Source: Candidatus Poribacteria bacterium (GTDB taxonomy: Bacteria > Poribacteria > WGA-4E > PCPOR2b). From it: DNA of 64,000 bases. Under the pieces are notes generated by a model, which did no database searches, was not told the origin of the DNA, and was given only the letters and a program-made list of their open reading frames with translations. Position 1 is the stretch's first letter. Each line of letters starts with the position of its first letter. The translations under genes were made by a program, and so were the position numbers. The stretch is taken from positions 5,696,001 to 5,760,000 of the forward strand of contig OZ220744.1 of NCBI GenBank assembly GCA_965116925.1, given 5' to 3'. Below are positions 39,421 through 49,542 of the stretch, one piece after another.

Positions 39421-40950
39421 TTGACGAGGAAATGCTTGCTTATGAAACGGCAGATTTTTTTCAGCTGTTGCTTGCTTTTTATCTTAATTGGAGACACCGT
39501 AGGGCAGAGGGTGAAAATTGATCCGGCGGAGATTGAGAAAATGATGCAGTTGCCTCAAGATGATTGGTTAAACCTAACACTGATGGGCACGAAAATTGGG
39601 TATGCCCATATCTATATGGAGAAATCAATATATGAAGGTGAGGATGCCATTCGGCTGCGTGCCGATATGGTGATGGACCTCCAGCGCACTGGCACCGGAC
39701 TAAGACTCGCAACAACGCGAATCTCGTATGTCGGTATGGATCTTGTCCCCCGCTATGTTATTACTACCTCCAATGAGACAGGCCAAGAGAAGCGGGTTGA
39801 AGGGCGTATCAGAAACAGTGTCGCTTACCTAGAGACAAGTCTTGCAGGCAAAACGACTCACAGCGAGATACCTATTTCAGGCGACACGATTTTTGAAGGG
39901 GTGATTAGTTACTTCCTCCTACAACGCAGTATTCAGGTCGGTGATGTACATATCTTGAATGTCTTCAATCTAGACCTCATGCAGCCCGTGAAAACGGAGG
40001 TCAGCGTTCTTCGAGCAGACCGGATCGAATTTGACGGCAAGACGGAGCCGGTTTATGTTGTCAATTATATGATGGATATTATGGGCGGGTTCACGACAAC
40101 CCAGTGGTTAGGACATGACGGCACAACGTATCGGATGGAGATTGGGCTGATGGGACTAAACATGGTTCTGACGAAGACCGATATGCAAACGGCACTTGGT
40201 GAATCCGGAGAAGTTGATGTTATCCTAAATACAAAGATCTTCTCCCAAGGGAAACGCCCAACTCCCCATGCGCGTCGTTTCAAAGCGCATTTACGGTTGA
40301 CCGAGGGGCAATTGGACAAAGCAGTAACGATTGATAGCCGTCAGGAACTGAAGGTTGATAGTGACCCACGCCATGGAGTGATCGCAATCAACGTACCCCT
40401 GATGGATCAAGCGGAAACGCCGAACCTGCCGATACAGAACCAACACGACAATGAGGACCTCGCGCAATTCTTGAAATCAACGGTGTATATCCAAGCGGAA
40501 CACCCAGCGATTCGGTCAAAAGCCGTTGAGGTGCTTGATGGGGAGACGAATGCTTGGAAAGCTGCAGAGAAATTGTGCCGATGGGTGTATAAAAATATCC
40601 GTGACAAGAACCTGAAAATTGGGTTTGGCTCGGCATTACAAACGTTAGAATCGTTAGAAGGAGATTGTACAGAACATACAGTCCTAATGATTGCAATGGC
40701 GCGCTCCGTTGGTATCCCTGCGCGGGTGTGTGCGGGGCTGGTATTTCAACGTGACGCTTTCTACTACCACTTTTGGCCCGAAGTGTATGTGGGCAAGTGG
40801 GTAGCGATGGAACCAACGCTCGGTCAAATCCAAGCAGATGCAAATCATATTCAACTCGCCGGCAGCGAGTTGGAATCCGACTCTATGCTGGAGTTCGGCG
40901 AAGGGGTGATGCGGACTCTAAATCAGCTTGAGATCGAGGTGCTTGAGTGA
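39421..40950 (+). CDS. Secreted transglutaminase-like protein
   Basis: GDCTEH, YHFWPEVY, MEPT; signal peptide; start may be ATG 39442. Confidence 0.85.
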   Translation: MTRKCLLMKRQIFFSCCLLFILIGDTVGQRVKIDPAEIEKMMQLPQDDWLNLTLMGTKIGYAHIYMEKSIYEGEDAIRLRADMVMDLQRTGTGLRLATTRISYVGMDLVPRYVITTSNETGQEKRVEGRIRNSVAYLETSLAGKTTHSEIPISGDTIFEGVISYFLLQRSIQVGDVHILNVFNLDLMQPVKTEVSVLRADRIEFDGKTEPVYVVNYMMDIMGGFTTTQWLGHDGTTYRMEIGLMGLNMVLTKTDMQTALGESGEVDVILNTKIFSQGKRPTPHARRFKAHLRLTEGQLDKAVTIDSRQELKVDSDPRHGVIAINVPLMDQAETPNLPIQNQHDNEDLAQFLKSTVYIQAEHPAIRSKAVEVLDGETNAWKAAEKLCRWVYKNIRDKNLKIGFGSALQTLESLEGDCTEHTVLMIAMARSVGIPARVCAGLVFQRDAFYYHFWPEVYVGKWVAMEPTLGQIQADANHIQLAGSELESDSMLEFGEGVMRTLNQLEIEVLE

Positions 40951-43900
40951 AGCGGGAGGAGAAAGAGAGAGAACGAGAAAACGAGAAAACGAGAAAACGG
41001 GTCCTATTTTTTTGGTTTTCCGTTCTCTGTTTTTCACGTTTCACGTTTTACACGCTTCTAATCTTCTGGCTTTTTGTCACTGTTGCCGCCGCCAAACCTC
41101 CGCTTCAGATTATCCAAGCAAGCACGGATACTCTCCTCATCAAATTTGAGGCACCAACGCTGCAATTCAACTCGCAAGAAACCGATGGACGCACCTTTGC
41201 GCGGGTTTCTTTCACAGGAGCAAGCTTGACGACGGACGTAGGATGCCCCAGTCTGCCTGTTTATCCACAGTTAATTGGCATTCCCGTTGATGCCTCACCG
41301 TATGTTACCGTGATTGACTCCCGGCTTGAAGTCCGCCAAACCCAGCGCATTATCCCCACCCAACCATCGGGACTCACCACCGCCCAATTGATGTCCAGCA
41401 TCGACATCGACTTTTACCGACGGGATCGCTCCTACCCAACCAAACTGGTTGAAATAACACCGGTTGGCTTTATCCGTGGACAGCGGGTTGCACGACTCCA
41501 GATCCAACCAATTCAGTATAATCCCGCCAGATCGCAGCTCAAAATCTATCACGAGCTATTAATCCGAATTAACTTCAATTCTACACCCATCCAATCCTAT
41601 CAAGGCTCAAAGCGGCATCCTACCCCTTCCCTTTTGATAGAACCGTCGCAGGCTTTTGAACAGCTCTTTCAGACGAAGCTGCTCAATTATAATCAGGCAA
41701 AGACATGGCGACGCTTACCCCAAAATGTCGCAGCTGCTCCAACGGTGCAACGCACTATCGAACCCTCAAACAGATATAAAATCCGGATTAACCGAACAGG
41801 GATTTATGAAATAACATATAGTGAACTCAGACGTGCCGGTGCCAATCCTATGGGTATTGCGCTTGAAACCCTCAAAATGGAGAACCGTGGCCGGCGGGTC
41901 GGTATCTATATCTTTGACCACAATACAGATGGCAGATTTGATCGAGATGATTCGATTGTGTTTTACGGGGGTGCACCAATCGGGGATAGGTTTACCGATA
42001 CCAACGTGTATTGGTTGAGTTGGGGCGGCGTTGGGCGTTCACAGATCAATGTTAGAGATGCTGCCCCGAAAACGTCGAATGCCTCTACCCCATCTGCTTT
42101 TAAGAAAACTATCCGTTTTGAACAAGACCGTAAGTATGACCAGCTGGTAGATGTGAAATCTGAACAGGCAGACCACTATTTCTGGGAAAGTCTAACAGGT
42201 GGGGCAGATAGCAGGTTCAGCCAGAAGGATTTCCCGATTCAACTCCCTCATGCAGTAGAAGGGCAAATAAATCGAGATGCTGAGATTCGGATTAAGTTTC
42301 AAGGGGCATCGCGCCAAAGGAACGCCAGACATCAGGCGCGTATCCTGTTTAATAGCGCACAACTTGGTCAAGTTGCCGAGTGGCGGCAGCAAGCTGCACC
42401 GTTAGTTACGCGCAAAATCGAACCGTGGCGATTCAGTAAGTCCGAGAATACGAAGGTTCTGAGGATTATAGCCGAAGATCGCAACGACACCCCGACAGGT
42501 CAACCTGATTTCTATCTAGATTGGTTTGAAGTCGATTATTGGCACACATTTGAGGCATCTGAGGGAGTGCTTGCATTTAACTCGGAAACCGAACCCCGCA
42601 GAACCGGACGCGTTCAGTACCGGGTAACAAACCTTCATCGCCCCGGTGTCGATGTGTATCAAATCCACGATGGCAGTATTGTTGCAAAACTCATTAACGG
42701 TCAGGTTGAACGCAAGGACGGGAATTTCCAGCTAACCTTCGAGGATAATGTGACATCGCCAACCGGTTATTTTGTGGTTGAGCGAGGACAATATACCCAA
42801 GTGGATCACATTACCCTCGCCAAACCGTTAGTAATCAGCAACCCTGCAAACCAAGCGGATTACATCATTATCGCCCACAGCGAGTTTATAGATGCCATCC
42901 AGCCGCTTGCAGCCTTTCGGCAGTCACAGGGGTTATCTGTTACGGTTGTTGATGTCGAAGCGGTGTATGATCAGTTCAATCACGGAATTTTCAACCCCAT
43001 CGCCATCCAGAAGTTTTTGCGTCACACCTACAACCATTGGCGTGCTCCCAAGCCGACATACGTCCTGTTGGTCGGCGACGCACACTATGACTATAAAGGG
43101 GCAATTGTTAAGCGATATCGGGAGACACTCAATAGAGACTATGACCTTTCCCTAATCTACGTACCAACGTTTCACGGTTGGGCACCGGCGAGTGGGGAAA
43201 CCGCGATGGACCACCATTTTGTCACTGTCAGTGGCGATGACCCACTGCCGGATATGTTTATTGGACGACTTCCAGTGCAATCGGCACACGAATTAGACGA
43301 TATGGTGAAAAAGATTATCAATTATGATGCAAAGCGGCAGCCCGGCTTATGGCAGGGCAGGTTGATGCAGGTCGCGGATAACGAGGTGAACAACGTCGGG
43401 GACGATATTTTTGAGCGATCTAGCAAGCAGCTTATTGAGGAATATATTCCTGTCGGTTACGATACCCGCAAGGTATACCTGCGACAGATTGGGAGTCCAG
43501 AGCGCACCAATCAAGCTATCCTGACGACAATTGATGAGGGCGTTCTTGCCCTTGAATATTCGGGGCACGGTGGCACCCAAACGTGGGCGGATGAGGGCAT
43601 TTTCCGAATTACAGATGCAGCGAGTTTGCAAAATGTGCATCTACCATTTGTCATCACAACAACGTGCCTCAATGGGCAATTCGATCAGCCGCTGCAATTC
43701 GGGCAACGCAGTTTAAGCGAACAATTTCTGATGGGCAGTGCCGGTGCCATCGGTGTCTTGAGTGCGACCCGTTTGACTTACGCAACAGTCAATGCAGAGT
43801 TCGATAAAAATCTCTTTACCTCCATCTTCACTGTTAAACCTTCGACACTTGGTGCAATCATCGCCGATGCGAAAACGCAATTTATGATGGCTGCATCACC

Positions 43901-46900
43901 ACTGTGGATCCCCGGCGTAACACAATATACCCTCTTCGGTGATCCAGCAACGCGCCTTGCTGTGCCAGAACTGGAGATTCAAGTCGAGTTAGAGAACGTT
44001 GTGGTCGATCCAAACAAAGAGCTAATCGTCCGCCATAACGCTGTTGGGCAGCACCAATTTTTGCCGATTACAGGAGCAATAGAGTTTCGTAAGGCGACCG
44101 ATTTCAGTACAGGAACGATGTCGGCACTAGCACTATTTGCCAACGACCTAGATGATAATTTGACCAACGATCTTCAGCAACAACGGAATAACATCCAAGT
44201 ATGGCAGGGTGAGTTTGGCGCGATCCGTATTCCTATTCCAGAAGATGTCCCCTTCGGACAAGGGATCGTTCGCCTCTTCGCTTTTGATGATCAGCGGACA
44301 GCGGTTGGGGGGGTGAAATTCTGGACGTATCAACCCGCTATCTTAGAAGTTCGCGAAGATATGGATCCACTCACTAACACGCTGAATCTCTCCGTGTTGA
44401 TAGCGGACAATGAAGGACCCGCAGGACTCAAATCGATAGAGGTGGTTTGGAGTGATACTGTAGGGTCCAAGGAACGTACCGTGGGGATGATACCCCATCC
44501 AGCATCGGCTACCCCTGCGGTGAACGATGGGCGGTGGTACAAACTGCAAACTGCAATTCCCTTGCCGAAAGGCGGACAAACAGTACAGTATCAAATCGTG
44601 GTAACCGATCGCACCAATCATACAGTCAGGACCGACAAAAAATCACTCAAGGTGCCCGAAGGCGCGAATATCGCCATCGCTTCGGCGGCGATAGCTCCGC
44701 TCCGCTATGTCTTTTCACAAGAGAAGAAAGCCCACACGCTTACCGCCAAACTTGTCAATGATGGCGGGCAAAAAATTGATGTACCCATCGAAGTTTGGTT
44801 CTCGGAAGAAGATCCAGATCGGGATGGGGACGGTCAAATCGATCCTGGGGCAGATGTGCTTGGCAGTGTCTTAATCAGAACGGATGCATGGCATTCGGGA
44901 ACAACACATCTTCAAGAAACGATGGCGACCTTAATCCTCCCTGAACCGTTGTCCACCGGCCTTCATCGGATTTATGTCTTCGCGGACCCAGAATCACCCG
45001 ATGATAACCGTGAGGATGGGGTTATTGGCAAGCTTGATGAGCCCCGCTCGTTTGATAACAAAGGATCTGGATCTTTCGTGGTCAACGAATTTACCCTGAA
45101 GGCTGATAAAGAACTCACCGCGTTCAGCTTGGATCGGGTATTCGATATTGTATTCCCAATCGGAGCGACCCTTGAACCCACCACAACCCTTTCCATCAAT
45201 GCAATCGAACCACCCATCTCATTTCAACCCGGCCTCCGCTTTGTTTCGCTTCCCCATCTGCTAGCATCGCAAAGTAGCGCGTATCAAGTTGAATTACACT
45301 CCGAGGCGGAGCGGCTGGTCAAACCTGCAGCACTCAAGTTTCGTTTCGATTTAGATACTTTGAAAGGTCACTTCCAGACAAATTGGGGACTCAATCCCGA
45401 ATCGGTGGAATTTAACTCCATACTACAAAAAGAGGTCGAAAATCTTGCGATCTATCAGTGGCAAGCGGGTATTAACGCTTGGAAGCGGCTTCCCTCCGAG
45501 ATACTGCGCGACAATACTGGAAACTTGGTATCGGAAAAATTTGTGACATTGACACAAGCCGAAAACATAAGCGTTCAAAAATTGCAAATCTCTTATATTC
45601 GCGTGGATCCAAGCTACACGCCGGCGGGGAGATGGGCAATCCTTTTCCTTGATGCAGATCGGTATCGAGTCCTGCTCCAGCGAAAAGGCAAAAGTGAAAT
45701 TGAAGAGCTTGAGCAAATCGGGCGCATCCGTCAACCTCTCAGAGACGCAGGGTTGGGGATTGAGTTAGAGATTCCCCAACTTGGGGAAACAGATGTCCTA
45801 GGCAGAAATCTGGTCTTTGAATTCGGCGATGTATTGATCTTTGAAACTGATGTCAGTTCAAACGGAGATGTACACCTTTCGGTGCTGGGGAACACTAACC
45901 GTGGTGGAGGTTCTGCCCATGTGAACATTAGGACGAAGAATCAGATCGCTGGCAAAGGGGAACAGTTCAGCATCAGTGACTGGCTGATTTTCTTCCGGAA
46001 TAGCGAACACTTTGAGCTACGAAATGCACGAAACGAGCTGGCTCTGCATACGGCAGGAAATCCCGCTGTGGGGACGATTAACCAACTTTTGATTCTTGAC
46101 AACCTTGGAATCGAGGTGCTCGTTACATCTCCGATGGGTTCGGGCTTCAAAGGGACCGGCAATCTACCCTTTGAGTTTGGAGACAAGTTCAAATTCAGAA
46201 AGACAATGGTGGGAATCATCTCCGCAAAGGTCAGAGGGCTTTCCACCTTTGCACTGATGCAGAGCTCAGATCGGGAGTCTCCCAAAATCCAACTCTGGGT
46301 GGATGGAGAAATATCTAAGCCCGGCAGCACCATTTCACCCCGCCCGCAAATCTCTCTCCTCTTGACGGATGAAAACGGAGTGGATATGGACAGCCTCAGT
46401 CTAGCGGTAAGCAAGGATGGAGGGGCGTTTACAACAATCAAGGACCTTGAGATTGGGGGTGGGGGGATGACATCGGTTTCCATCCGCTACAACCCAACGC
46501 TGTTCATCGGCAGCTATCGTTTCAGAGTCAAGGCAAACGACCTCATTGGGAACACACTCGGCGGTGAGGCTGAATTCCGTGATTTTACCTTCTCTGTGGT
46601 GGATCAACCTGACCTTGAATCTCCAACGGTTGAAATCCACGTCAACGATGAAAAATTAATGGATGGCACGGTTATCCGTGAACAACCGAAGCTTGAGATT
46701 TTAATCGATGACGAAGGCGGGATCAGCCCAACGACGATTGAATTTGCCTTCGGTTCAACGATCAATCCGCTGTTTCCACTCCCTGAAGATCACTACGAAC
46801 TTGAGTTCAATGTCGCCCAACCAACGCAAGCGCGAATTATCTTTGAGCCTGATCTACCAAATGACGAGTATCAACTCCAAGTCGTTGCAACAGATGTCAG

Positions 46901-47243
46901 TGAAAACAGAACCGAATCGCAAGTCCGCCGTTTCCATCTTGAGGAGCCTGTATCCATCACTCACCTATTAAATGTGCCGAATCCCGTACGCACCAACACG
47001 GTTTTCACCTATAACCTTGCACAAGCACCAGACCAAGTCACAGTTAAAATCTATACCGTGAGCGGTAGGCTTATCCGGACAATCGAAGATGCCTCAATGA
47101 GACGGGGCTACAATGAAACCGACTGGGACGCTCGCGATGAGAATGGCGAACGTTTGGCAAATGGTGTCTACTTCTACAAAGTCACCGTTAAAACAGGTGC
47201 ACACAAAATCGAAAAGATCGGTCGATTGGCAATTCTGCGCTAA
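40947..47243 (+). CDS. PorU/gingipain-like C25 cysteine peptidase with propeptide and FlgD-Ig/T9SS-like tail
   Basis: C25 propeptide, YVLLVGD, IGRLP, YSGHG, TTC, LFGDP; C-terminal NVPNP...WDARDENG...NGVYFYKV. Confidence 0.85.
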   Translation: MKREEKERERENEKTRKRVLFFWFSVLCFSRFTFYTLLIFWLFVTVAAAKPPLQIIQASTDTLLIKFEAPTLQFNSQETDGRTFARVSFTGASLTTDVGCPSLPVYPQLIGIPVDASPYVTVIDSRLEVRQTQRIIPTQPSGLTTAQLMSSIDIDFYRRDRSYPTKLVEITPVGFIRGQRVARLQIQPIQYNPARSQLKIYHELLIRINFNSTPIQSYQGSKRHPTPSLLIEPSQAFEQLFQTKLLNYNQAKTWRRLPQNVAAAPTVQRTIEPSNRYKIRINRTGIYEITYSELRRAGANPMGIALETLKMENRGRRVGIYIFDHNTDGRFDRDDSIVFYGGAPIGDRFTDTNVYWLSWGGVGRSQINVRDAAPKTSNASTPSAFKKTIRFEQDRKYDQLVDVKSEQADHYFWESLTGGADSRFSQKDFPIQLPHAVEGQINRDAEIRIKFQGASRQRNARHQARILFNSAQLGQVAEWRQQAAPLVTRKIEPWRFSKSENTKVLRIIAEDRNDTPTGQPDFYLDWFEVDYWHTFEASEGVLAFNSETEPRRTGRVQYRVTNLHRPGVDVYQIHDGSIVAKLINGQVERKDGNFQLTFEDNVTSPTGYFVVERGQYTQVDHITLAKPLVISNPANQADYIIIAHSEFIDAIQPLAAFRQSQGLSVTVVDVEAVYDQFNHGIFNPIAIQKFLRHTYNHWRAPKPTYVLLVGDAHYDYKGAIVKRYRETLNRDYDLSLIYVPTFHGWAPASGETAMDHHFVTVSGDDPLPDMFIGRLPVQSAHELDDMVKKIINYDAKRQPGLWQGRLMQVADNEVNNVGDDIFERSSKQLIEEYIPVGYDTRKVYLRQIGSPERTNQAILTTIDEGVLALEYSGHGGTQTWADEGIFRITDAASLQNVHLPFVITTTCLNGQFDQPLQFGQRSLSEQFLMGSAGAIGVLSATRLTYATVNAEFDKNLFTSIFTVKPSTLGAIIADAKTQFMMAASPLWIPGVTQYTLFGDPATRLAVPELEIQVELENVVVDPNKELIVRHNAVGQHQFLPITGAIEFRKATDFSTGTMSALALFANDLDDNLTNDLQQQRNNIQVWQGEFGAIRIPIPEDVPFGQGIVRLFAFDDQRTAVGGVKFWTYQPAILEVREDMDPLTNTLNLSVLIADNEGPAGLKSIEVVWSDTVGSKERTVGMIPHPASATPAVNDGRWYKLQTAIPLPKGGQTVQYQIVVTDRTNHTVRTDKKSLKVPEGANIAIASAAIAPLRYVFSQEKKAHTLTAKLVNDGGQKIDVPIEVWFSEEDPDRDGDGQIDPGADVLGSVLIRTDAWHSGTTHLQETMATLILPEPLSTGLHRIYVFADPESPDDNREDGVIGKLDEPRSFDNKGSGSFVVNEFTLKADKELTAFSLDRVFDIVFPIGATLEPTTTLSINAIEPPISFQPGLRFVSLPHLLASQSSAYQVELHSEAERLVKPAALKFRFDLDTLKGHFQTNWGLNPESVEFNSILQKEVENLAIYQWQAGINAWKRLPSEILRDNTGNLVSEKFVTLTQAENISVQKLQISYIRVDPSYTPAGRWAILFLDADRYRVLLQRKGKSEIEELEQIGRIRQPLRDAGLGIELEIPQLGETDVLGRNLVFEFGDVLIFETDVSSNGDVHLSVLGNTNRGGGSAHVNIRTKNQIAGKGEQFSISDWLIFFRNSEHFELRNARNELALHTAGNPAVGTINQLLILDNLGIEVLVTSPMGSGFKGTGNLPFEFGDKFKFRKTMVGIISAKVRGLSTFALMQSSDRESPKIQLWVDGEISKPGSTISPRPQISLLLTDENGVDMDSLSLAVSKDGGAFTTIKDLEIGGGGMTSVSIRYNPTLFIGSYRFRVKANDLIGNTLGGEAEFRDFTFSVVDQPDLESPTVEIHVNDEKLMDGTVIREQPKLEILIDDEGGISPTTIEFAFGSTINPLFPLPEDHYELEFNVAQPTQARIIFEPDLPNDEYQLQVVATDVSENRTESQVRRFHLEEPVSITHLLNVPNPVRTNTVFTYNLAQAPDQVTVKIYTVSGRLIRTIEDASMRRGYNETDWDARDENGERLANGVYFYKVTVKTGAHKIEKIGRLAILR

Positions 47244-47426
47244 CGTGTGAGCCAATCTGTGAATCGCCGAATCAAGCTCCAGTTTTGAAGTTTTGCCCCA
47301 TTTCTGACCATTTGCTTTTTCTTGCGCTTTATATGGAGATCGGTTATCAAAATCTTCCGTTCTAAAACCCCATCATTTATGGCGTGGATCCAGAACGGCT
47401 AACCCGGTTGTCTGTCAAAAAAAGTG

Positions 47427-47455
47427 TTGAAATTGCGGGCGAAAAATGATATAGT
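47427..47455 (+). promoter_or_regulatory. Putative sigma70 promoter inside the IS left end
   Basis: TTGAAA-17 nt-TATAGT with extended TG. Confidence 0.65.
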
Positions 47456-47461
47456 TGTCTT

Positions 47462-47540
47462 GTCTTTCGTGGGGGCGTTTCAGCCCGACCGCATGGTAGG
47501 GGCCCCACATCCACTGAAACGGATATGAAAGCCAGAAAGC
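47462..47540 (+). ncRNA. Putative pseudoknotted tnpB 5' leader RNA (copy A)
   Basis: Four helices that covary with copy B at 57986-58068. Confidence 0.65.
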
Positions 47541-47550
47541 CGAGTCCCTC

Positions 47551-47796
47551 ATGAAAACCTACAAGTTCAAGATGTATAGCAATCACGGTAATGGTGAGTT
47601 GCACAAGACTATAGACGGACACGCCGAAGTGTGGAATCATTGCATTGCGCTTCAGCGTCGTTACTACGCTATCTATGGTAAACATATCAGCAAGTTTCGG
47701 TTGATAAACCATATTTTTAATAACATCTATAGGGTTGGGGCATCAACCCTCGAAGGAGAGGACGTAAGACTATCTTCGGATAGCTGTCCTTGTTGA
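47551..47796 (+). pseudogene. tnpB: Truncated tnpB (N-terminal HTH fused to the extreme C-terminus)
   Basis: MKTYKFKMY...WNHCIALQ, then directly NIYRVGAST; RuvC core absent. Confidence 0.7.
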
Positions 47797-47879
47797 TAGC
47801 GCAATTCGACTCCTATTGGCAAGGGACTCGTAAGAATCCCAAGCCTTTAGGTTTGGGAGTATGTCAAGGTTAGATCATA

Positions 47880-48536
47880 ATGAGCTCAAATACTTCGCTT
47901 ATTCTGAACTATGAAAATATCTCCCAAGCCACAATCAACCGCCTCTCTTTGTACTCCCGGCTTTTAGCGACGCTTGAACTCGACGGGGTTACGGTTGTGT
48001 CTTCAAAGGAGCTATCAGAACGCACCGATTTTACAGCGACCCAAATCCGAAGGGACTTCGCTTATTTTGGACAATTTGGGAAGCGTGGAATCGGTTATGA
48101 GGTTGCTGCGCTCAAACAAGCCGTTGACAAGATTCTCGGCGTTCATGTTCCTCGAAAAGTCGCGCTCATCGGCGTTGGTAACTTGGGAAGTGCTTTATTG
48201 GGGTATCGCGTACTGCGGGAGCATAATTTTGAGATTGTCGCGGCATTCGATAATGATTCGAGTAAATGGGATCGTGTCATCAATGACGTTGTAATCCAGA
48301 ACATCGCAGAACTTCCCGAAACTGTGCAATCCAAGCAGATTGAAATTGGCATTATTGCTGTGCCGCTCCATGCGGCGCAGAGCGCGCTCGATTGTCTCGT
48401 TGCAGCAGGGATTAAAGCGATTCTTAATTTCGCGCCAGCGCACCTGATCGTTCCGCGTCATATTAAATTGAGGAATGTGGATTTATCTATAGAGCTTGAA
48501 GGGCTTTCTTACTTTTTGCAGCATCAAGCACCATAA
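47880..48536 (+). CDS. rex: Redox-sensing transcriptional repressor
   Basis: RLSLYSR, QIRRDFAYFG..GKRGIGY, GVGNLG, ILNFAP. Confidence 0.95.
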   Translation: MSSNTSLILNYENISQATINRLSLYSRLLATLELDGVTVVSSKELSERTDFTATQIRRDFAYFGQFGKRGIGYEVAALKQAVDKILGVHVPRKVALIGVGNLGSALLGYRVLREHNFEIVAAFDNDSSKWDRVINDVVIQNIAELPETVQSKQIEIGIIAVPLHAAQSALDCLVAAGIKAILNFAPAHLIVPRHIKLRNVDLSIELEGLSYFLQHQAP

Positions 48537-48545
48537 GGAGTGTTT

Positions 48546-49523
48546 ATGAGCCACTTTCCGGTTTATCGCCCAAGACGGCTTCGTGCTAATGAGAACCTCC
48601 GGCGGCTTGTTCGAGAGACCCAACTTTCTGTCGATGATTTAATTTACCCAATGTTTGTCGTCCACGGGGTTGATATTGCATCGGAGATTCCATCAATGCC
48701 GGGGTGTTATCAATACTCAGTCGATCGACTCGTCCGGGAAGCGAAGGAGTTGGCAGCTCTTGGCATTCCGGGGACGCTCTTATTCGGGATTCCAGAATCC
48801 AAGGATCCGGTTGGCTCCGAAGCCTATGCCGACGATGGCATCATTCAGCGTGCCGTGCGAGCGATCAAGGATGCAGTCCCTGAGCTGCTTGTAATCACCG
48901 ATGTCTGTCTTTGTGAATATACGGATCATGGGCATTGCGGTGTCATCCATGAGGGGGAGGTACTGAACGACCCGACGTTGGAGTTGTTGGTCAAAGAGAG
49001 TTTGTCCCATGCCCGTGCCGGTGCAGATGTGATCGCTCCGTCCGATATGATGGACGGACGGGTTGGTGTAATCCGCGAGGCGTTGGATGACAGTGGATAC
49101 GATCAAACCCCCATCATGGCGTATTCTGCAAAATATGCGTCTGCGTTTTATGGTCCCTTTCGGGAGGCAGCAGAATCTGCCCCGCAGTTTGGGGATAGGC
49201 GTGCGTATCAGATGGACCCTCCGAATGTGGAGGAGGCGTTGCGAGAGGTCGCCTTAGACATTGAGGAAGGTGCGGATATACTTATGGTCAAGCCTGCGCT
49301 GTCCTATCTTGATGTGCTCAGTCAGGTAAAAACGCACTTTCAGGTGCCTGTTGCTGCGTATAACGTGAGCGGGGAATACTCAATGATCAAAGCCGCGGGA
49401 CAAAACGGTTGGATCGACGAAAATCGGGTCGCGCTTGAGGTACTCACGAGCATCAAGCGCGCAGGTGCGGATATAATCTTGACTTACTTTGCAAAATCGG
49501 TTGTGGAGTGGCTCGCAGAATAA
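48546..49523 (+). CDS. hemB: Porphobilinogen synthase (Zn-type)
   Basis: [31 protein letters not shown] 48546 after AAGGAG. Confidence 0.95.
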   Translation: MSHFPVYRPRRLRANENLRRLVRETQLSVDDLIYPMFVVHGVDIASEIPSMPGCYQYSVDRLVREAKELAALGIPGTLLFGIPESKDPVGSEAYADDGIIQRAVRAIKDAVPELLVITDVCLCEYTDHGHCGVIHEGEVLNDPTLELLVKESLSHARAGADVIAPSDMMDGRVGVIREALDDSGYDQTPIMAYSAKYASAFYGPFREAAESAPQFGDRRAYQMDPPNVEEALREVALDIEEGADILMVKPALSYLDVLSQVKTHFQVPVAAYNVSGEYSMIKAAGQNGWIDENRVALEVLTSIKRAGADIILTYFAKSVVEWLAE

Positions 49524-49542
49524 CTGAAAGGGAGAAAACACG

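Larger units (their letters stand above)
47348..47867 (+). mobile_element. Internally deleted non-autonomous IS200/IS605 (tnpB) element
   Basis: TTAT target then CAAAATC left end with hairpin; right end AATCCCAAGCCTTTAGGTTTGGGAGTATGTCAA. Confidence 0.75.

Noticed and set aside
47244..47347. Rex operator upstream of rex
   Set aside because: No convincing TTGTGAA-n4-TTCACAA palindrome, only half-site-like matches
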